IMG/VR virus record: IMGVR_UViG_2585427777_000004
Coordinates: 1-5,562 of that record
DNA: 5,562 nt
Reading direction: 5' to 3' (one strand)
Source of the DNA: a virus
Lineage: Duplodnaviria > Heunggongvirae > Uroviricota > Caudoviricetes
In this document: piece by piece, positions 1 to 4,505 of the stretch
How the letters are laid out: the number at the start of each line of letters is the position of its first letter
How positions within the stretch are numbered: position 1 is the first letter of the stretch
The notes under the pieces: model-generated
Database searches by the model: none
What the model was told of the DNA's origin: nothing
The model's input: the letters and a program-made list of their open reading frames with translations, nothing else
Position numbers and translations under genes: made by a program

Positions 1-392
1 GTAAATGGCTTATCGTCAGGATTACCCCAACAGCAATTACCCCTGGGCCATCCATGTACTTTCCGTACTCTTCCGTTAACAACGTGAAGTAATCCCCAGC
101 CGGGAGGTAAATCCTCAACTGAAATAATTTCCGGCTCACTAATAAAGAATCGCCAGTCGCCCATGCCAAGTGAGGGATTTTTACGGAAACGCTTTTTTCT
201 ATCTGCCAACAAGTCAGCACGAGAACACTTCGCCTCTATCAGGCATGATGCTGAATTTCTGAATCCCATAGCATCTGGCTGTTCTCCGGTACTGGTTACA
301 GCAACAAAGCGGTCATGAAAGCAAACCTTGAACCCGTTGCGCTTAAGGAACTTGTACGCAATCTGACAGAGTTCGTGGTGTGTTAACGCCAT
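1..392 (-). CDS. Hypothetical protein, N-terminal ~130 aa only (gene runs off the window start); possible PD-(D/E)XK nuclease-like fold
   Basis: Hand translation of the minus strand from ATG at 392..390 gives an open frame to position 1 (MALTHHELCQIAYKFLKRNGFKVCFHDRFVAVTSTGEQPDAMGFRNSASCLIEAKCSRADL...). SD-like AAAGGAGAG lies 5 nt upstream. The stop of the upstream gene (TGA 396..394) and this ATG form TGATATG. A PD ... EAK motif pair (PDAMGF, then CLIEAKCS about 12 residues later) resembles the PD-(D/E)XK nuclease core. Not in the supplied ORF track because it is open-ended. Confidence 0.45.
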   Translation of the reverse strand, partial: MALTHHELCQIAYKFLKRNGFKVCFHDRFVAVTSTGEQPDAMGFRNSASCLIEAKCSRADLLADRKKRFRKNPSLGMGDWRFFISEPEIISVEDLPPGWGLLHVVNGRVRKVHGWPRGNCCWGNPDDKPF

Positions 393-393
393 A

Positions 394-930
394 TCACTCT
401 CCTTTGATGCGAATGTCAGCGACGCGTAATGCGTGTTCTAGGTCAATCAGGTAAAGCCAACAGCCATTTTCTTTAGGTATCATGACTTGTCGCTCATCTG
501 CATTTATCGGGTGTCCATATCGAAGGTCGTAGCGAGTCGGTAATTGAACTTCCCGCGCTTCCAGTTCAGCAATACGCTTGCACCCATCAGAGATAACTCC
601 CTCGTAATACTCGCGCTGCTCGTTGAGTTTTGATTTTGTCTCCTCAAGCTCAACGCGCAGCTTCCCAACCGTAAGCGCAATATCCTCGTTCTCCTGGTCG
701 CGGCGTTTGATGTATTGCTGGTTTCTTTCCTGTTCATCCAGCAGTGCCAGCACGGTTTCTGGTCCGGTCAGAAATTTGAAGGCGTTGAGCGCATCAATAT
801 CCACACCGTAATCTTTAAGTTCCTGTTCACTTAACAAGTCATCATCAGCTGGCAACATTAACAGGCGTTCCATTGCTGGAATTGCACGTTCCGCCACCTC
901 ACGCAGTGCCTGGTAATTAATTTCGCTCAC
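394..930 (-). CDS. Ead/Ea22-like family prophage protein (178 aa), coiled-coil rich
   Basis: ORF track 394..930 (-). GTG start at 930..928 preceded by AAAGGAGG with 6-nt spacing. The N-terminus MSEINYQALREVAE matches, from memory, the conserved N-terminal motif of Ead/Ea22-like proteins of lambdoid prophages. Central region is rich in charged heptad-like sequence (QERNQQYIKRRDQENEDIALTVGKLRVELEETKSKLNEQREYYEG). GTGA start/stop overlap with the upstream gene. Confidence 0.6.
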   Translation of the reverse strand: MSEINYQALREVAERAIPAMERLLMLPADDDLLSEQELKDYGVDIDALNAFKFLTGPETVLALLDEQERNQQYIKRRDQENEDIALTVGKLRVELEETKSKLNEQREYYEGVISDGCKRIAELEAREVQLPTRYDLRYGHPINADERQVMIPKENGCWLYLIDLEHALRVADIRIKGE

Positions 931-946
931 TGGTTGCCTCCTTTGC
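888..946. repeat. Copy A of a ~59-bp duplicated module (5' end and RBS of Ea22-like genes)
   Basis: gttccgccacctcacgcagtgcctggtaattaatttcgctcactggttgcctcctttgc; about 50 of 59 positions identical to 1573..1631 by hand alignment. Covers the first ~13 codons, GTG start and AGGAGG SD of the 178-aa gene. Confidence 0.6.
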
Positions 947-1433
947 GAAGCTGGGCAGCAAAGTCAACTAACCACTCAGTCATTTCAACCTTCCCTACCA
1001 AGTCTGAACCAGGGTACATACAGCAATCACTCTGCGCCGCTTTGAAATCCTTATACTCATATTCTTGGGCCACCAGATTTTTTGCAGCTTCTATAGCAGC
1101 ATCCACCCCCTGCGCCCGGACTTCAGCCAGGAAAGCATCAGTGGTTGGCGTTTCAGGTATCTGTCTCCTCATCCGTTCTATTGCATGATTGAACCCGAAG
1201 TCTTCCGCGAGAGATACGTCATCCATATTGTCATTGTCATCTTCAATATCCCGTGATTCTGGAATTGCAGACTTTATTCCCGCATTCTCCGCTGCCAGCG
1301 CCGCGCACTTGGCCTCAAGAGCGGCAACCACTTCCTGATGGTCTTTGTACTTAACGTATGAGCCGGAGATGTCATCACCTTCGGTGTTTAGCCATGCGTC
1401 ATTGCAATTCACTGCGTAGGTTCTGATGCTCAT
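927..1433 (-). CDS. Acidic hypothetical protein (~168 aa); start placed at internal ATG 1433
   Basis: ORF track 927..1490 (-). I prefer the internal start at 1433..1431 (MSIRTYAVNCNDAW...) because it has an SD (GGGAGAG, about 7-9 nt upstream) and forms an ATGA overlap with the stop of the 61-aa ORF (TGA 1432..1430). Stop TGA 929..927 overlaps the GTG start of the next gene. Protein is acidic (IEDDNDNMDDVSLAEDFGF). Confidence 0.5.
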   Translation of the reverse strand: MSIRTYAVNCNDAWLNTEGDDISGSYVKYKDHQEVVAALEAKCAALAAENAGIKSAIPESRDIEDDNDNMDDVSLAEDFGFNHAIERMRRQIPETPTTDAFLAEVRAQGVDAAIEAAKNLVAQEYEYKDFKAAQSDCCMYPGSDLVGKVEMTEWLVDFAAQLRKGGNQ

Positions 1434-1615
1434 GTTGATGCTCTCCCGCCCCTGACAGACGCCAGGCCAGTCAATAAAGTATCCGCACAATGCCTACCCT
1501 CAGACGTGCGCGCAGGATAAATGCCGTTATGACCCGGCAAAATATATGCTACCCATTCATCTTGCGTTGCCTGTTCCGCCGCCTCGCGCAGTGCCTGATA
1601 GTCAATCTTGCTCAC
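1430..1615 (-). CDS. Short Ea22-like N-terminal-module protein (61 aa); possibly a truncated paralog
   Basis: ORF track 1430..1615 (-). GTG start at 1615..1613 preceded by AAAGGAGG, in a ~59-bp block about 85% identical by hand alignment to the start region of the 178-aa Ea22-like gene. N-terminus MSKIDYQALREAAEQATQDEW parallels MSEINYQALREVAERA. After about 30 residues the sequence loses similarity to the paralog. Confidence 0.4.
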   Translation of the reverse strand: MSKIDYQALREAAEQATQDEWVAYILPGHNGIYPARTSEGRHCADTLLTGLASVRGGRAST

Positions 1616-1631
1616 TGGCAGCCTCCTTTGC
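1573..1631. repeat. Copy B of the ~59-bp duplicated module (5' end and RBS of the 61-aa Ea22-like ORF)
   Basis: gttccgccgcctcgcgcagtgcctgatagtcaatcttgctcactggcagcctcctttgc; direct repeat of 888..946 in the same orientation. Confidence 0.6.
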
Positions 1632-1916
1632 CGGGATTTCTAACTTTTGAGTGGTTGTATCAAATTCAAACAACTTAACCACGTCATCAAACAGGACATA
1701 ATCACCATCAGGATTTTCAGTCATATCTGCGCCACAATCCTGACCGCACGAGTCGCAACCATCCATATCAAGCTCGTATCGCTTCAGGTTTGCGATATTT
1801 GATAAATTCAGCGCCAGTACAGCCAGGTCATAAACCTCTTCGGCAGTGACATCGCTGTTCAGTCCCATTTCATGGCGATATATGATTTTTTCTACTCGTT
1901 GTTTTGTGATCGTCAT
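1602..1916 (-). CDS. Acidic hypothetical protein (~104 aa; start uncertain, alternative ATG at 1868)
   Basis: ORF track 1602..1940 (-). Preferred start ATG 1916..1914 (MTITKQRVEK...) with GGAG about 11 nt upstream; an alternative ATG at 1868..1866 lies 1 nt after the stop of the upstream membrane-protein gene. C-terminal half is very acidic (DMDGCDSCGQDCGADMTENPDGDYVLFDDVVKLFEFD). Stop overlaps the next gene start by 14 nt. Confidence 0.45.
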   Translation of the reverse strand: MTITKQRVEKIIYRHEMGLNSDVTAEEVYDLAVLALNLSNIANLKRYELDMDGCDSCGQDCGADMTENPDGDYVLFDDVVKLFEFDTTTQKLEIPAKEAASEQD

Positions 1917-2187
1917 TTTTCTCTTCACTCCGATATACAAGGATTACTACCCCCCCTCTGCTGATTGCGCGAGCTGGATCCCCTGGTTCCATGCCGTCAA
2001 TTCCGAAGGCTTCGGAAAACGCATTCATTGCCTTCTGGCGTTCATCCTGCTTACGGCGTTTATTCCATTTTTTCAGGAACAACAGCGACAGCCACCGTCC
2101 GCTGCAGAACACGATGTAAAAATAACCAAGGAGCGCCAGGCCGACATTCAGGGCCGTTTCTATGGTTAGTTGTGAGTCAGTTGCCAT
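1870..2187 (-). CDS. Small predicted single-pass membrane protein (105 aa)
   Basis: ORF track 1870..2187 (-). ATG 2187..2185 overlaps the last 11 nt of the 279-aa gene (ATGGCAACTGA). Acidic N-terminus (MATDSQLTIET), a ~25-residue hydrophobic stretch (ALNVGLALLGYFYIVFCSGRWLSLLFL), then a basic cluster (KKWNKRRKQDERQK), consistent with positive-inside topology. The antisense plus-strand ORFs here look like shadow frames. Confidence 0.5.
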   Translation of the reverse strand: MATDSQLTIETALNVGLALLGYFYIVFCSGRWLSLLFLKKWNKRRKQDERQKAMNAFSEAFGIDGMEPGDPARAISRGGVVILVYRSEEKNDDHKTTSRKNHISP

Positions 2188-3016
2188 TTCTTACCTGTTT
2201 AAGTAACTGGTTGAACATAACACTTAGGGGATTGCTGTATCCAAACGGCAGATTGTTTACGCAGTACAGAATCATTTTGTTTTTTTCTCCAGTTCGTACT
2301 ATTAACCCATTCCACAATAACCGTGATAATTCATTACTGATAGAAGTTGCGCTTCTTCCAAGTGCGAGGGATATATCTTCTCTACTGCAATCTGGATTTT
2401 CCTGGATATACTCGATAACGGTCATGTGGTCCCTTTTACTTAATATCTGTTCGGATTGCATGCCATGAGCATTCATTTCGTTAATAATTTCATCCAGAAG
2501 GATTTCAAGCCCTTCTCGACCCATATCTGAAAGAATGAAACCTTTATCAGGGGAAGTAGTGAGCATTTTCTGATAAAGAAACAGCGCTCTTCCCATTCCT
2601 TCAGCTTCGCCGTATTTTTGAATTAAATTCCATTCAATATACTGTTGTAAGGCAAATCGAATGGGGCCGGGATATATCGTCATAAACCCATACATCCCGT
2701 TATATACCACGGCGTGTTCAGTTGTTCCGTGTTCATTCAGGATATCAATTGTGCCGTTCTTGTCTTCTTCTTCGTTGATGAATGTCGTCACATACAACCA
2801 TCGCCACTGAGCAACCTTCATCTCAACCGGAAGTTTACCCAGTAATCCTGCTTCGTCGGCTTGCGCCAGACACTGAAGGATACGTAAACCTCGCACATTA
2901 GGAGTATCGAATTCTCCGGCATCCAGACGACGTATGGCGTCGTGATAATCAATCGTCATACTGCCAGTTCGTATACCATTGGCTGTTGCTTCAGCCTGGA
3001 ATTCATCGTATTGCAT
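2177..3016 (-). CDS. 279-aa protein: unrecognised ~200-aa N-terminal domain plus C-terminal winged-helix DNA-binding domain
   Basis: ORF track 2177..3016 (-). ATG 3016..3014 with GAGGA 9 nt upstream; only 5 nt after the stop (TAA 3024..3022) of the 62-aa gene. C-terminal segment DCSREDISLALGRSATSISNELSRLLWNGLIVRTGEKNKMILY follows the helix-turn-helix-wing pattern of CRP/FNR-type C-terminal domains (compare CRP [40 protein letters not shown], recalled). No known motif recognised in the N-terminal 200 aa. Local GC is low (about 33-40% in sampled 60-nt lines). Confidence 0.65.
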   Translation of the reverse strand: MQYDEFQAEATANGIRTGSMTIDYHDAIRRLDAGEFDTPNVRGLRILQCLAQADEAGLLGKLPVEMKVAQWRWLYVTTFINEEEDKNGTIDILNEHGTTEHAVVYNGMYGFMTIYPGPIRFALQQYIEWNLIQKYGEAEGMGRALFLYQKMLTTSPDKGFILSDMGREGLEILLDEIINEMNAHGMQSEQILSKRDHMTVIEYIQENPDCSREDISLALGRSATSISNELSRLLWNGLIVRTGEKNKMILYCVNNLPFGYSNPLSVMFNQLLKQVRNGN

Positions 3017-3021
3017 GATAT

Positions 3022-3210
3022 TTATTCCTCATCTTCATCTTCATCTGCTGGTGCAATAACGTCATATCCTGCCTTTTCTGCAATAAACAGGAATGTTGAA
3101 AGAGTTCCTACAAGTTCATCGTCATGAACATGGCGAATGAATATTACTTTCCCGTTTTTGATGGTCAGCAATATTCTGGTTTGTTCGTGTTCTGCTGTTT
3201 TCTGATGCAT
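3022..3210 (-). CDS. Small acidic protein (62 aa) with poly-acidic C-terminal tail
   Basis: ORF track 3022..3210 (-). ATG 3210..3208 with GGGAGA SD 5 nt upstream. Sequence ends APADEDEDEE. Stop TAA 3024..3022 is followed 5 nt later by the 279-aa gene ATG. Confidence 0.5.
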   Translation of the reverse strand: MHQKTAEHEQTRILLTIKNGKVIFIRHVHDDELVGTLSTFLFIAEKAGYDVIAPADEDEDEE

Positions 3211-3212
3211 TA

Positions 3213-3326
3213 TTATCTCCCGTATGCTTTACGCAGAAATAAGCAGGCAATATGCATGTAATTTTCACCGTATTGTGCAATAAGGCAGGCGGTCTTGTGT
3301 GATGCCATATTCTTTATAAAAGTCAC
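3213..3326 (-). CDS. Candidate small leader ORF (37 aa), not in the supplied track
   Basis: Hand translation of the minus strand: GTG at 3326..3324 preceded by a perfect AGGAGG (3339..3334) with 7-nt spacing; frame reads (M)TFIKNMASHKTACLIAQYGENYMHIACLFLRKAYGR and stops at TAA 3215..3213, 2 nt before the ATG of the 62-aa gene. An internal ATG (3308..3306) would give 31 aa. Evidence is SD strength and tight coupling only. Confidence 0.25.
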   Translation of the reverse strand: MTFIKNMASHKTACLIAQYGENYMHIACLFLRKAYGR

Positions 3327-3404
3327 AATAAAGCCTCCTGTGGATTAAGGTTGTAACAATCCCCGGCGATAAAACCGCAATAAACGTTCAGGGCATATTT
3401 GTTG

Positions 3405-3770
3405 TTATTGCGCTAATTCTTTTTCGGCAGCAGCTTTTGTATACTCACATGCAAAACTCAGAATTTCGCTGCCGAGTGTTTTCGTTTCGTGATTACTGGA
3501 CATATGTAATACCTGTGTTGCATGCAATAAATGATAAACATTTACCGCAAATGAATCAGGCTCCAGACAAATGCCTTCGTAATTATCTTGCTGTGAGGTT
3601 GTTTCTGTCATTGCTCCTGAAGTGCATGCGAGCCTGTTTTTGACAATTCTCTTTTCTCTAATCACTATATCGGCAACATCTATTGCCTTTACAACCTCCG
3701 GGAGAAGTTCCGGGTTTGTATAATCAAAGTCATCAACATGGAGAACAGTTATGTTTTCGAACTTTTTCAT
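3405..3770 (-). CDS. Hypothetical protein (121 aa), acidic, no recognised domain
   Basis: ORF track 3405..3770 (-). ATG 3770..3768 preceded by GAGGAAGCC. Sequence MKKFENITVLHVDDFDYTNPELLPEVVKAIDVADIVIREK... has no motif I recognise. Flanked by non-coding gaps of about 128 bp upstream and 194 bp downstream. Confidence 0.55.
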   Translation of the reverse strand: MKKFENITVLHVDDFDYTNPELLPEVVKAIDVADIVIREKRIVKNRLACTSGAMTETTSQQDNYEGICLEPDSFAVNVYHLLHATQVLHMSSNHETKTLGSEILSFACEYTKAAAEKELAQ

Positions 3771-3785
3771 GGCTTCCTCAGCTGA

Positions 3786-3837
3786 CTTATATGTTCTGCT
3801 ATATAGCGAGTCTCAGAAGTGTTTTCATATTGAGACT
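3786..3837 (-). promoter_or_regulatory. Possible promoter/operator upstream of the 121-aa gene: -10-like TATAAG plus a 7-bp perfect inverted repeat
   Basis: On the minus strand, CATATAAG (complement of 3791..3786) lies about 15 nt upstream of the ATG at 3770. Inverted repeat AGTCTCA (3809..3815) / TGAGACT (3831..3837) with a 15-nt spacer lies just upstream of that. No convincing -35. Confidence 0.3.
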
Positions 3838-3855
3838 GTTTCCGCAATGATTGAT

Positions 3856-3886
3856 AAAAATGTTCGCATGTACCTTGAAGGGCGAA
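3856..3886 (-). terminator. Weak intrinsic-terminator-like hairpin plus T-tract downstream of the 167-aa HTH gene
   Basis: Minus-strand RNA: 5-bp stem (3886..3882 pairs with 3867..3863, UUCGC/GCGAA), 14-nt loop, then CA and UUUUU (3860..3856), starting 13 nt after the stop at 3899. Short stem and long loop, so weak at best. Confidence 0.2.
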
Positions 3887-3898
3887 GCGGCGATTATG

Positions 3899-4402
3899 TC
3901 ACCATTGGTATTGGTTCTTCCGCAGAAGAGCTTCGCGAGATAAGGGGCAAACTTGTTGAGATGCGTCATGGTGTTGCTGCTCCTCACTTTTTGGTTGCTC
4001 CGGAGGAGTAACCTCACCAGTTAACAGGCACATCGGATCGCAGCCAAGAATATTTGCCAGTGGGATAAGCATACTGATAGTTGGTTCATACTCTCCGCTC
4101 TCCCACTGGATGATAATTTCTTCATCGAGATCGAGCAGCCTGGCGAGTTCGGCGGTTGTTAAGCCGCAGGCTTCGCGTTGGGTGCGAAGACGGTTGTTGA
4201 TTGCAGAATTTTTGTTCTGTAAAAGCATTGCTGACGATAGCTTTCTGGATATGCTATTTGTCATATCCCATGCCAGTCCTGCGCATGACTCTATATCGCT
4301 AGAGAGCGTAGCATCAGGTGTTGCTTTTGCTATTAGTGTAATGAGGCTGCCGAGGTTTTTCAGTTCTTCGAGACAGTCAAGAGTTGTAGCTTTATTGATC
4401 AT
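3899..4402 (-). CDS. Atypical HTH (XRE/Cro-C1-type) DNA-binding protein (167 aa) with the HTH in the C-terminal half
   Basis: ORF track 3899..4402 (-). ATG 4402..4400 with GAGGT about 9 nt upstream. Residues ~65-125 (INNRLRTQREACGLTTAELARLLDLDEEIIIQWESGEYEPTISMLIPLANILGCDPMCLLTGE) match the XRE-type HTH pattern (helix, GxT turn, recognition helix, conserved W/E). It is preceded by a ~60-aa N-terminal segment and followed by a ~40-aa Q/E/P-rich tail. Internal ATG at 4228 lacks an SD. The antisense plus-strand ORF 4110..4409 is Ser/Arg-rich low complexity, supporting minus-strand coding. Confidence 0.6.
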   Translation of the reverse strand: MINKATTLDCLEELKNLGSLITLIAKATPDATLSSDIESCAGLAWDMTNSISRKLSSAMLLQNKNSAINNRLRTQREACGLTTAELARLLDLDEEIIIQWESGEYEPTISMLIPLANILGCDPMCLLTGEVTPPEQPKSEEQQHHDASQQVCPLSREALLRKNQYQW

Positions 4403-4445
4403 GAGATGATACCTCAGTTACGAACTTTGTTTTATGGTAACTAAG

Positions 4446-4485
4446 GTATCAAGGTGTGGCAAGTGATTTTTGATACTTTGGTTTC
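4446..4485. promoter_or_regulatory. OL-like operator: inverted repeat GGTATCAA-N16-TTGATACT carrying a copy of the TTGATACTTTGG motif
   Basis: ttgatactttgg at 4470..4481 is identical over 12 bp to 5209..5220 in the OR-like region. ggtatcaa at 4446..4453 is its inverted partner. Lies in the 103-bp gap between the repressor stop (4506) and the start of the 167-aa HTH gene (4402), the position expected for OL/PL. Confidence 0.45.
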
Positions 4486-4505
4486 TTTTTGTGTTTTGTG
4501 TCTGG

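Noticed and set aside
504-811. ORFs 504..737 (-) and 623..811 (+) inside the 178-aa Ea22-like gene
   Set aside because: Alternative-frame and antisense shadow ORFs with low-complexity Ser/Arg-rich translations, no SD, fully contained in a better-supported gene.
927-1615. Treating the 61-aa ORF and the downstream ORF as one frameshifted Ea22-like pseudogene
   Set aside because: The ATGA stop/start overlap with a well-placed SD for the downstream ORF fits two coupled genes better. I could not align the downstream protein to the full-length paralog by eye, so the pseudogene reading remains possible but unsupported.
934-1678. Plus-strand ORFs 934..1188, 1065..1256 and 1490..1678
   Set aside because: Antisense to the tightly coupled minus-strand gene chain; compositionally biased translations; no start signals.
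1846-2468. Plus-strand ORFs 1846..2169 (107 aa) and 1965..2468 (167 aa)
   Set aside because: Antisense to the membrane-protein and wHTH genes, which have coupled starts and coherent domain patterns. The plus-strand translations are Cys/Arg/Ser-rich and look like shadow frames. The hydrophobic character of 1846..2169 simply mirrors the minus-strand TM segment.
2942-3127. Plus-strand ORF 2942..3127 (61 aa)
   Set aside because: Poly-Ser translation that is the reverse complement of the acidic DEDEDEE-coding tract of the 62-aa gene.
3437-3643. Plus-strand ORF 3437..3643 (68 aa)
   Set aside because: Antisense to the 121-aa gene; Cys/Arg-rich translation; no SD.
3751-4011. Plus-strand ORF 3751..4011 (86 aa), with possible internal start at 3847
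   Set aside because: It would overlap the start and SD of the 121-aa gene and the 3' end of the 167-aa gene on the opposite strand, and has no convincing SD. The C-terminal part reads protein-like, so I cannot fully exclude a small antisense gene; ribosome profiling would settle it.
3799-4017. Minus-strand ORF 3799..4017 (72 aa)
   Set aside because: Different frame from the 167-aa gene and overlapping its 3' end; no SD; spans the intergenic regulatory gap.
3899-4402. Calling the 167-aa protein an N-type antiterminator
   Set aside because: N-type antiterminators are small with an arginine-rich RNA-binding motif; this protein is not arginine-rich and carries a DNA-binding HTH.
4446-4500. Plus-strand intrinsic terminator (8-bp stem, 16-nt loop, T-rich run)
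   Set aside because: No plus-strand gene lies upstream that would need termination, and the stem is AT-rich with a long loop. The operator reading explains the inverted repeat better.
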